IMG/VR virus record: IMGVR_UViG_3300042257_000094 | Location: 1 to 64,000 of that record | Reading direction: 5' to 3' (one strand) | Length of the DNA stretch: 64,000 bases | From: a virus | Lineage: Duplodnaviria; Caudoviricetes | Shown: piece after piece, positions 19,723 to 27,863 of the stretch | Position numbering within the stretch: position 1 is the first letter of the stretch | Layout: each line of letters begins with the position of its first letter | Translations under genes and position numbers: made by a program | The notes under the pieces: generated by a model | Database searches by the model: none | Told to the model about the DNA's origin: nothing | The model's input: only the letters and a program-made list of their open reading frames with translations

Positions 19723-19778
19723 CAACCTCTCCGGTTTCTGCTAGTAAATATTCTAACAAAAACAAAGGAGAATTAGGT

Positions 19779-19952
19779 ATGCCAACAGAAACATTGAATG
19801 TTTTTCTTACTGATGAGGAAATTATGAGTATCATTAAATCTCATCTTGAAAAAGTTTATGGTCCAAAAGGATGGGAATTTTGGTGTCTAAGTAATGGCGA
19901 ACTCCCTAAAGAACTTGGTTTTGATTTTAGTCGGGCTAGTATTTACCGTTAA
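19779..19952 (+). CDS. small hypothetical protein
   Basis: own promoter (TTGACA at 19719) and AGGAG RBS. Confidence 0.55.
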   Translation: MPTETLNVFLTDEEIMSIIKSHLEKVYGPKGWEFWCLSNGELPKELGFDFSRASIYR

Positions 19953-20133
19953 AAAAAGAAAAATAATTACTTGACAATTCTCTCAATATTTGTTATATAA
20001 AGAATGAAAGCATTGCCGAGCGGTAATGATTTTATCGAGGTCCGGGCGAAACCCACGTAGTTAAATTCGCCCAAATTTTCTCTTGACTTTTAGTTTGATC
20101 TTTGTTATAAAAATATTTAGTGTTGATGAGAAA

Positions 20134-20227
20134 CCGCTAGGTGCGGCTGCTCGACGGAACATGATTGAGGTTCAAATCCTCTTTGCCACTGGATTCGTGG
20201 TGCGGGGCCGACTCCCGCCGCCGCTAG
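20134..20227 (+). ncRNA. tRNA-like RNA (degenerate tRNA-Leu(CAA) or tRNA mimic)
   Basis: GCGGC/GCCGC closing stem; hairpins GAGG-TTCAAAT-CCTC, GCCAC-TGGATTC-GTGGT, GCGGG-GCCGACT-CCCGC; promoter TTGACT-17-TATAAA at 20083. Confidence 0.5.
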
Positions 20228-20316
20228 AATAACAAATTTCTTGACATATTATTTGAAATAATATTACTTGACAAACTGTGTAAAAAGTGGTAGAATATCT
20301 CCGATATAATTAGTTA

Positions 20317-20409
20317 CCTACCGTAGTGTAATTGGAAGCACGACGAGTCTTATAAACTCGAACGCCAGATTAGCGGTTAGCCACAGTTCGATTCTGTGCG
20401 GTAGGACCA
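20317..20409 (+). tRNA. tRNA with TAT (Ile) anticodon and long variable arm
   Basis: CCTACCG/CGGTAGG-A-CCA acceptor, GTGT/GCAC D stem, CGAGT-CTTATAA-ACTCG anticodon arm, CACAG-TTCGATT-CTGTG T arm; promoter at 20268. Confidence 0.85.
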
Positions 20410-20795
20410 ATCAACTTAATTTATTAGAGGTTTTTATGAGAATAGAACTAGAATACTCATATAATAAGGATTGGAGAATTCTTTATTAAAGAAAATAGAA
20501 AGTTAACCCATGAACAAAAAAGAAAAATATTTAATAAATCCGTAATAAAAATCTATAGAGAATATAATAGATTTACTATTTAATAAACGATTTTTAATTT
20601 CAACCTTTAGTCAAAAAGAAAAGGACGAGAATAAATGAGCAATGTGTGCGGGGTTCAAGTCCTCAACGCGGCTCCACATTTTCAGCCGGATTGTACTACA
20701 AAGGCTTGATGGGTGTAATAAAGGGATAAGGACGTGGGCCTGATAGGGAGTCCTTAGATGTAGAATAGGCGGGGATTCTATATCATAAAATTTCA

Positions 20796-20871
20796 GCTGG
20801 GTTAGCTCAGTTCGTAGAGCGGGGGTTTTGTAAACCTCTTGCTGTGGGTTCAACTCCCTCATCTGGCCCCA
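20796..20871 (+). tRNA. tRNA-Thr(TGT)
   Basis: GCTGGGT/ATCTGGC acceptor, GCTC/GAGC D stem, GGGGT-TTTGTAA-ACCTC, TTCAACT T loop, CCA end. Confidence 0.85.
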
Positions 20872-20951
20872 TATTTAAAAAGCCTATCGAGGGTATGGCG
20901 AACATCCGGTGTAATAAAATAAAACGCAGGTAGTTTCGAGCTTCTACCACC

Positions 20952-20984
20952 AAAGCCTGAGATTTGTTTCTTAGGCTTTTCTTT
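20952..20984 (+). terminator. intrinsic terminator closing the tRNA cluster
   Basis: AAAGCCTGAGA..TCTTAGGCTTT followed by T-run. Confidence 0.7.
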
Positions 20985-21060
20985 TATCCAAATTTTATCT
21001 TGACAAGTTACTCTTTTTTAGTTATATAGGTGTCTCAGTAACTAAAACAAAGGAGCTTGC

Positions 21061-21639
21061 ATGAATATCTTCGTTCTTGATCGTGATCCGAACAAAGCGG
21101 CACAATATCACAATAACACGCATGTTAGAAAGATGCTACTTGAAGGCTACCAAATGCTTTCAACCGTGATTTGGATGAAAGACATGACGTTTGCTGAATC
21201 CGCTTACGCCAACGGAACTCTTTATTGGCCCTCTCATTATAATCACCGCTGCACTCGTTGGGTTGAAGCATCCTATGACAATTTCCGTTGGATGAATGAT
21301 TTGGTGCAAGCCCTTTCACGAGAGTTCACATTCAGGCATCCGGAAGACAAGGTGCATCAATCTTTCCTGCGTTGTTCCCCTACTGTGAATATGTGGGAAG
21401 AATCATGCATTGAAGATGACGGTATCTGTTGGGAGCAAGAGGGTTTGACTGATTTTGCTCTCGCTATGCCTCCGCGCTATTACAAACAAACCCCCGATCC
21501 TGTGGAAGCATACAGAACCTATTATCGTGAATGTAAGCGATTCACCAAAGCAGGATGGGATATGGCAAAATGGACCAAGAGGGGGGAGCCTTATTGGTGG
21601 AAAGAAAAGACCAGTCTTTATGTCAGGGAGGATTCCTAA
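21061..21639 (+). CDS. pyrimidine-dimer DNA glycosylase / endonuclease V-like protein
   Basis: MNIFVLD..AAQYH..HVRKMLLE..QMLST, HYNHRCTRW, DPVEAYRTYY, KWTKR. Confidence 0.75.
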   Translation: MNIFVLDRDPNKAAQYHNNTHVRKMLLEGYQMLSTVIWMKDMTFAESAYANGTLYWPSHYNHRCTRWVEASYDNFRWMNDLVQALSREFTFRHPEDKVHQSFLRCSPTVNMWEESCIEDDGICWEQEGLTDFALAMPPRYYKQTPDPVEAYRTYYRECKRFTKAGWDMAKWTKRGEPYWWKEKTSLYVREDS

Positions 21640-22428
21640 ATGCCAGAAAAAATATCTCTCAAGAAAAAAGATATTCTTCAAGCTGTCACGGATGCGGGAT
21701 TTATCAAGTGTGAAACCTGTGGAACGTGGTACTTTGAACATGAAGAACATACTTGTGTGTTCCGAAAATTCAAAAAGAAGAAAAAAAAGAAGAAGCCTAA
21801 CGGGCAAGAATTTGTTACGAATAAGGATTGTGTGCTTTTTAAATATCCTCTCAAGAAACTTGAAGATATTGAAAAGGTGAAACGGTTCATTCTTGTGTCA
21901 AAGAAAAGTCCTGTGAAAGAAAGAAATTATTGTTTCTTCATTTGGGGAATCAATTCAAACCTTCGGGGCACTGATTTGATCGACATAACAATGGATGATC
22001 TTGGTGTTTGTGGAAAAGGGAAGGGCATATATGTTCCTGACAACGACTACTTCACAATTCGTGAGAAGAAGACAGGCAAGCTCAGGCGGGTGTATGTCAA
22101 TAATGCCATGAAAGACGCTCTCAAGGCGTGGGTAAAGCAAAGGGGCACACATTCCGGCTATCTCTTCAGTCAGGTCAAAGGGGATAAGTCGGCGGCCGTG
22201 TCCTTGGAATACTTTCGCTTCTATCTCAGAGATGTTGGATTGCATTTGGGCGTCGGATTGGGGTTGAGGGTTATGCGAAAGACCTGGGCATATTGGGCAT
22301 GGAAAAAAGGAGGATTGCCAATTGAAGTTATTTCTGAAGCAATGAACCACAGTTCCCCGGCAGTGACAAGGAGATATTTGGGAATTGACACAGAAGAAGT
22401 GAAAGAAGCCTTTATGGTTGAAATTTAA
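21640..22428 (+). CDS. tyrosine recombinase/integrase family protein
   Basis: NLRGTDL (R), EKKTGK (K), RVMRKT (HxxR variant), NHSS (H), TRRYLGI (Y). Confidence 0.85.
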   Translation: MPEKISLKKKDILQAVTDAGFIKCETCGTWYFEHEEHTCVFRKFKKKKKKKKPNGQEFVTNKDCVLFKYPLKKLEDIEKVKRFILVSKKSPVKERNYCFFIWGINSNLRGTDLIDITMDDLGVCGKGKGIYVPDNDYFTIREKKTGKLRRVYVNNAMKDALKAWVKQRGTHSGYLFSQVKGDKSAAVSLEYFRFYLRDVGLHLGVGLGLRVMRKTWAYWAWKKGGLPIEVISEAMNHSSPAVTRRYLGIDTEEVKEAFMVEI

Positions 22429-22445
22429 ACAAAAGGATAAATAGG

Positions 22446-22787
22446 ATGAAAATTTATATACTTAAAGGTCTTCAGGGAGAATATTCTTGTCGTGTAGATT
22501 GGAATTGCTGTGCCTTCACAAACAGAGAGAAAGCAGAGAAGTTGAAAAAGGAACTCAATGCTCTTGAAGATTGGCGTTGGCAATTCAATCCAGAGTTCAA
22601 TAAACTACTAAATAAACTACTAAATAAAGTTCCTTATGATACGCTTCCCCCCAGACACCCACATAAAGAAATAAAACATATTCCTAAAGGTAAATATCAC
22701 CTATTTAAGTACTACTTGGATTGTATTCCTGACGAATATGATCGAGCGTATTTTGACGTAGAAGAAATCGAACTTAAAGAGGACTAA
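22446..22787 (+). CDS. hypothetical protein
   Basis: RBS and operon context. Confidence 0.6.
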   Translation: MKIYILKGLQGEYSCRVDWNCCAFTNREKAEKLKKELNALEDWRWQFNPEFNKLLNKLLNKVPYDTLPPRHPHKEIKHIPKGKYHLFKYYLDCIPDEYDRAYFDVEEIELKED

Positions 22788-22860
22788 TTAAAAACTTCTT
22801 GACAACTAATCATTTCTTTGCTAGAACCTAATCATCTTGAAACAAAAAGGAGAAACGAAA

Positions 22861-24504
22861 ATGTCCAAGAAGAATGAAATTGTTGCTTATGTAGAAGATA
22901 ATTACCTTGTTGTTGGGAATGTTAAGTATGATTTGGAAGGTGATCTTGACCTCAGTCATACAGACATCACGGCACTCCCCGACAATCTGATTGTAGGAGG
23001 CGATCTTGACCTCTATAACACGGATATCGCGGAATTGCCCGATAATCTTACTGTTGGGGGTGATCTTGACCTAAGACGTACGGGCATCGCGGAATTACCT
23101 GATAACCTGACTGTCGGAGGGTACCTCAACCTTCAGAACACCCGCATCACAGCGTTGCCCGATAATCTGACTTTTAGTGGTAGTATCAACCTCCGAAACA
23201 CAGGCATCACGGAACTGCCTGATAATCTGACTATCGGCGGTTCTCTTGACCTCTCCAACACCCACATTACGGCACTCCCCGACAATCTGACTGTGGGAGG
23301 TTTTCTTGACCTTGAAGGTACAGCAATCACGGCGTTGCCCGATAATCTGACCGTCGGAGGTTCTCTTGATCTCTCCAACACCCACATCACAGAATTGCCC
23401 GATAACCTGACCGTCGGATATTCTCTTGTCCTCTACAACACACCCATCACGGCACTGCCTGATAACCTGACTGTTGGGGGGTGGCTTGACCTCGTAGACA
23501 CAGATATCACGGAATTGCCTGATAACCTGACTGTGGGGGGTTATCTCTTCCTTGAAGGCACGGACATCACGGAGTTGCCCGATAATCTGACAGTGAGGGA
23601 GTCTCTCTTTCTCAGAAACACTAATATCACGGAACTTCCCGACAATCTGACTATCGGCGGTGATCTTGACCTCAGAAACACAGGCATCACGGAACTGCCT
23701 GATAATCTGACTATCGGCGGTTCTCTTGACCTCTCCAACACCCACATTACGGCACTCCCCGACAATTTGATTGTTGGCGGGGGGCTAGACCTCGTAGACA
23801 CAGATATCACGGAATTGCCTGATAACCTGACTGTGGGAGGTTTTCTTGACCTTGAAGGCACAGCAATCACGGCGTTGCCCGACAATTTGATTGTTGGCGG
23901 GGGGCTAGACCTCCGAGGCTCAGGCATCACGGAATTGCCCGGTAATCTGACTGTCGGAGGTTTTCTTGACCTCTCCAACACCCACATTACGGCACTCCCC
24001 GACAATTTGATTGTTGGCGGGGGGCTAGACCTCCGAAACACAAACATCACGGAAACCTCCCACGTCAACAGAAAAGTGCCTGACATGCTGACGTGGCAGG
24101 GGGGCAGGTATATTCTGGTAGATGGGATCTTTTCCGAAGTTGTCCACAAGCGAGACCATATCTGGAAAGTCAAGCAAATCGGAAAAACCGAAACATCTTA
24201 TGTGGTGACTGACGGCGAAGGCCGCTTCGCACACGGTTCGACCATCCGGGAAGCCCGTGAAGACTTGATCTACAAAATCTCAGACAGGGACAAAAGTGAT
24301 TACAGAGGTCTTGCTATTGACCACGAATTCACCTTTCAGCAAGCCATTGAAGCCTACCGCGTGATCACCGGGGCGTGTGCACTCGGAACCAAGCAATTCG
24401 TGGCTGAGCAAAGTGAAGTGAAGGAAACCTATACCATCAAAGAGATCATGGAGATTACTAAAGGTCAGTATGGACATAACAAATTTGTAAAATTCTTTGT
24501 GTGA
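22861..24504 (+). CDS. leucine-rich-repeat protein, 19 x 20-aa repeats plus a non-repeat C-terminal domain
   Basis: LTVGGxLxLxxTxITELPDN repeats; own promoter at 22799. Confidence 0.9.
   Translation: MSKKNEIVAYVEDNYLVVGNVKYDLEGDLDLSHTDITALPDNLIVGGDLDLYNTDIAELPDNLTVGGDLDLRRTGIAELPDNLTVGGYLNLQNTRITALPDNLTFSGSINLRNTGITELPDNLTIGGSLDLSNTHITALPDNLTVGGFLDLEGTAITALPDNLTVGGSLDLSNTHITELPDNLTVGYSLVLYNTPITALPDNLTVGGWLDLVDTDITELPDNLTVGGYLFLEGTDITELPDNLTVRESLFLRNTNITELPDNLTIGGDLDLRNTGITELPDNLTIGGSLDLSNTHITALPDNLIVGGGLDLVDTDITELPDNLTVGGFLDLEGTAITALPDNLIVGGGLDLRGSGITELPGNLTVGGFLDLSNTHITALPDNLIVGGGLDLRNTNITETSHVNRKVPDMLTWQGGRYILVDGIFSEVVHKRDHIWKVKQIGKTETSYVVTDGEGRFAHGSTIREAREDLIYKISDRDKSDYRGLAIDHEFTFQQAIEAYRVITGACALGTKQFVAEQSEVKETYTIKEIMEITKGQYGHNKFVKFFV
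22921..24060 (+). repeat. 19 tandem 60-bp coding repeats
   Basis: exact 60-nt period (GAYAAYYTGA..). Confidence 0.95.
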
Positions 24505-24629
24505 GGATACCTAATAAAAACTATATAAAAAGTATAAGGGGATGTAAAATACCTCTTTCTTTTATTTTTGCTTGACAAACAAGTTTTATTCTGATATAAT
24601 GTGTTCTACATAAAAGGAGAAATAGATAA

Positions 24630-24854
24630 ATGACTAACGAAAGTAATAAAAATATGTCAAATGTCATTTTTAAATTGAAGTGTTATCGTTGTGATTATGA
24701 ATGGATTCCTCGCAAAGAGGAATTACCTAAAACCTGCCCACGATGCAGGGCCATTACGTGGAATAAGAAAGAAAAAACTACCAAAGGCGGCTATCGGGAT
24801 GGGCGATCAGAAACAATCTGGAAAGAACGAATCAAGAATAAAAAAGGAGAATAA
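24630..24854 (+). CDS. small zinc-ribbon protein (paralog A)
   Basis: CYRCDYEWIPRK..CPRC..WNK. Confidence 0.75.
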   Translation: MTNESNKNMSNVIFKLKCYRCDYEWIPRKEELPKTCPRCRAITWNKKEKTTKGGYRDGRSETIWKERIKNKKGE

Positions 24855-24858
24855 TTAA

Positions 24859-25527
24859 ATGTCTGAAATTAAACTTATTAATGGAGATTGTTTGGAGAAA
24901 TTACGGGAACTTGATAGAGCATCTATTGATGCTATTATCACGGATCCTCCTTATAATATAGCAAGAGATAATAATTTTACAACAATGGGGAGAGCTGGTA
25001 TAGATTTTGGAGAATGGGACAAAAACGCAGATATATTTTCATATATAGGGGAGGTATCCCGAATATTAAAAAAAGGAGGGTCTTTCGTCGTATTCAATGC
25101 TTGGCGTAATCTAGGTAAAATTGCAGAATATGCAGAAGATACAGGTTTCGTTACAAAAGATATGATTAGACTAGAAAAAACAAACCCTATGCCGCGAAAC
25201 AGAGATCGTAGATATATTACAGATTATGAGTGCGCTATTTGGTTTGTAAAACCCGGAAAATGGACGTTTAATCGACAAGACGATAAATATGAGCGACCTA
25301 AATTTGCATGCGGAATAGAAAAAGGGTATCACCCTACTCAGAAAAATGTAAAGTTAATGGAGTGGTTAATTAAAATACATACTAATGAGAATGATGTTGT
25401 AGTAGACCCTTTTATGGGAAGTGGAACAACGGGAGTAGCATGTAAGAACCTCAATCGTAATTTCATTGGTATTGAAATGGATAAAAATTATTTTGAAGTT
25501 GCAAAGAAGAGAATAGGCAAGGCATAA
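24859..25527 (+). CDS. orphan DNA methyltransferase (beta class, DPPY; probably N6-adenine)
   Basis: TDPPY, HPTQK, DPFMGSGTT. Confidence 0.92.
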   Translation: MSEIKLINGDCLEKLRELDRASIDAIITDPPYNIARDNNFTTMGRAGIDFGEWDKNADIFSYIGEVSRILKKGGSFVVFNAWRNLGKIAEYAEDTGFVTKDMIRLEKTNPMPRNRDRRYITDYECAIWFVKPGKWTFNRQDDKYERPKFACGIEKGYHPTQKNVKLMEWLIKIHTNENDVVVDPFMGSGTTGVACKNLNRNFIGIEMDKNYFEVAKKRIGKA

Positions 25528-25592
25528 AACCTCTTGACAAACAAGTTTTATTCTGATATAATGTTTCTTACCTATAATAAAAGGAAATAGGA

Positions 25593-25799
25593 ATGGATAA
25601 AGATATACGAATTATTGAGAAATGCCGATGTCTTCGCTGTTCATATACTTGGTGGCCCAGAAAAGATAAATCCGAAATTAAACTCTGTCCTAGATGTAAA
25701 AGTCCAAACTGGAACAAAGAAAGAACAAATTTACGAGGATTAAAACAAGGAACTACAACCTCTATTCACGAAATAAGAGATAGAAACAAAAGGAAATAA
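25593..25799 (+). CDS. small zinc-ribbon protein (paralog B)
   Basis: CLRCSYTWWPRK..CPRCKSPNWNK. Confidence 0.75.
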   Translation: MDKDIRIIEKCRCLRCSYTWWPRKDKSEIKLCPRCKSPNWNKERTNLRGLKQGTTTSIHEIRDRNKRK

Positions 25800-25801
25800 A
25801 C

Positions 25802-27784
25802 ATGGTAAACAATAAACAAGAATATAATATTACTCCCACCTCCAATATAGATTACGTCCATGAGTATTTTATTAAGGTTGCTCCTTATATGGCAAGAACC
25901 TTTGAAAATAACAATACCGTGATGGTACTTGCATATATTCTATCTAAATGCTCTATGATTACTCACAAAGGACGCGATAGGCAGGGATGGGCATATGTTA
26001 CGTATGGGGACATTTATACAAATACCAGAACACCCAGAAGCACCGCCGCAAGGTGCATAACACAATTAGTGAATAGCGGAGTTCTAGAAAAAGATACAAG
26101 GAATAATGGGGATCGATCCATCTGCTACTATAAACCTAACCAGAAATTAATAGACTCCCTCCGAGATGAGGATATCCATGTTTGGAATTTACTGAGAAAT
26201 AAGAATATCCAACCTACAAAGAAGAATTTTGATAAATACGCAAAAATATCGGTTGAAATTCGTGAAAAGAGTAAAGGCACCTGTTCCATAGTGGAACACC
26301 CCTATTCCATAGTGGAACACCCCCCCGAAGAAGGCACCTGTTCCATAGTGGAACACCCCTGTTCCATAGTGGAACGACCCTATTCCATAGTGGAACGACC
26401 CTATTCCACTGTGGCACCCTTAATATATAACTTAATAAATAACTCTAAAAGATTACTTCTAATAGATAAAGCAACTATAAATAGTTGCACGACTTTGCCT
26501 ATCGCTACCGCTCAGGCAGAAGTCGAGCACGTTAGTCAGGTTGCAAGCGAATCAATCCAAGGGGAAGTTTCCTTGCTAAATTCTAATGAAGATAAATCTA
26601 ATGAGAATCCTAATGAGAGTTCTCTTGTTACTTCTAATAATAATTCTAATCCTAGTTCTCCTTGTTTAATTAATAATAAAGATTCTTCAGAGGTCTTTCC
26701 TTGTTACTTAGATAATAATTTAATTTCCGCGCCGCCAACCCCACAAAATTCCGACTCGGTGGCAAAGTGCGGTCCTGACGGCGGGGTGGACGTGTCTGTG
26801 GAGGGGGGTGAACTTGCCTCTGGGAGCTGTAGAATCGATTCTAACTCCAAATTCGACCTAGTACCCCACTCGGACACTAAAACGCAAAATCACCCCCAAA
26901 AAAACAATCATATATTAAACCCTCAAAATCTGTTCAAATCAGGTAAGGGGAGCAAGAAAGAAGAAACAATGGCCGAACTCACGAAGATGAGGGAAACAGA
27001 CCCCAAGTTCATGCGAATTTACGATACTTGGGTTGAGCAAGGGTTTCCTGCCCACAAACCAAACACGGCAGTCTTTCGAGAAGCCAAGAAAGTGATTCCT
27101 CAGATTCTTGATGGAACTTTTTTTGAGGACAAGGCAGATGTGGACGGGTATAGTCGTGTTTATTCGGTGAGAGAAATTATCAAGGCAATAAAAAACTTCA
27201 AACTCGCTTTTGACGTTAACTATGAACCTGCTAATAAGAATTGGTTGAAGAAGCGAAAGAATCTTGCCAAGTTCTTTTTTGATCCGATGTTGCATACAAA
27301 GAGTTTGTTCATTGAGTTTTTGGAAGAGCCAAAACTTATTGAACCTGCAACTAAATCACCTGAAGCAAAATATCTGGAGAAATATCGAAAGAAATATGTG
27401 TATATGCCTGATTGGTTCAAGCCTTTATATGATATTTATGCAGAAGATGGAAGAATGATTCCTGAAGAAGAGTTCACTGAAGAACAAAATAAATGGGGAA
27501 TTGCTTATTACTTCAACCATTTCATGCTTGATTTTGAGGAAGACGATGAAGGGTTGGCGTTTGGTGAATTGCCTTTTGGTTGGTCCGATATGGAGATTCT
27601 TGTTTCTCTGTGGCGAGAGCGGGATGGGGTTACAGATGAAGAATTTGAGTATGATCCGAATTTGATGGGAAGTTGGGAAGATGTTTTCTATGCCATTCAA
27701 AGCAAGGTGAATGAGATGGGCAGCAAGATGACTCGGAGCCATTTGTTCAGTGAAAAGGTCTGGAATATGGTGTATGAAGACTAA
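25802..27784 (+). CDS. putative replication initiator (N-terminal winged HTH, internal iterons)
   Basis: YVTYGDIY..PRSTAARCITQLVNSGVLEK HTH-like; internal 21-bp repeats and AT-rich tract as in lambda O-type genes. Confidence 0.65.
   Translation: MVNNKQEYNITPTSNIDYVHEYFIKVAPYMARTFENNNTVMVLAYILSKCSMITHKGRDRQGWAYVTYGDIYTNTRTPRSTAARCITQLVNSGVLEKDTRNNGDRSICYYKPNQKLIDSLRDEDIHVWNLLRNKNIQPTKKNFDKYAKISVEIREKSKGTCSIVEHPYSIVEHPPEEGTCSIVEHPCSIVERPYSIVERPYSTVAPLIYNLINNSKRLLLIDKATINSCTTLPIATAQAEVEHVSQVASESIQGEVSLLNSNEDKSNENPNESSLVTSNNNSNPSSPCLINNKDSSEVFPCYLDNNLISAPPTPQNSDSVAKCGPDGGVDVSVEGGELASGSCRIDSNSKFDLVPHSDTKTQNHPQKNNHILNPQNLFKSGKGSKKEETMAELTKMRETDPKFMRIYDTWVEQGFPAHKPNTAVFREAKKVIPQILDGTFFEDKADVDGYSRVYSVREIIKAIKNFKLAFDVNYEPANKNWLKKRKNLAKFFFDPMLHTKSLFIEFLEEPKLIEPATKSPEAKYLEKYRKKYVYMPDWFKPLYDIYAEDGRMIPEEEFTEEQNKWGIAYYFNHFMLDFEEDDEGLAFGELPFGWSDMEILVSLWRERDGVTDEEFEYDPNLMGSWEDVFYAIQSKVNEMGSKMTRSHLFSEKVWNMVYED
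26281..26419. repeat. six 21-bp iteron-like repeats with internal dyad; probable origin
   Basis: CTRTTCCATAGTGGAACRMCC at 26281, 26302, 26338, 26359, 26380 and a degenerate copy at 26401; AT-rich tract follows. Confidence 0.8.
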
Positions 27785-27863
27785 GAAAGTTATTGACAAA
27801 AGCAGATAAAATATGTAGAAGGGTAGCTAGTTTAAATTAAAAAACAAGGAAGGAGAAAAACAA

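Noticed and set aside
20011-20075. Hammerhead ribozyme
   Set aside because: GAAA is present but the CUGANGA core and a proper stem II are not
20161-20182. tRNA-Sec (TCA anticodon)
   Set aside because: Loop register gives CAA or a T loop; no extended acceptor or D stem typical of tRNA-Sec
22921-24060. Diversity-generating retroelement acting on the LRR gene
   Set aside because: No reverse transcriptase in the window and variation is not restricted to adenines
23095-24173. Long antisense ORFs (216 and 210 aa) over the LRR repeats
   Set aside because: Shadows of the stop-poor repeat; no RBS or independent coding signal
26281-26419. Palindromic repeats as a mini CRISPR array
   Set aside because: Units are contiguous without unique spacers, lie in frame inside a CDS, and no cas genes are present
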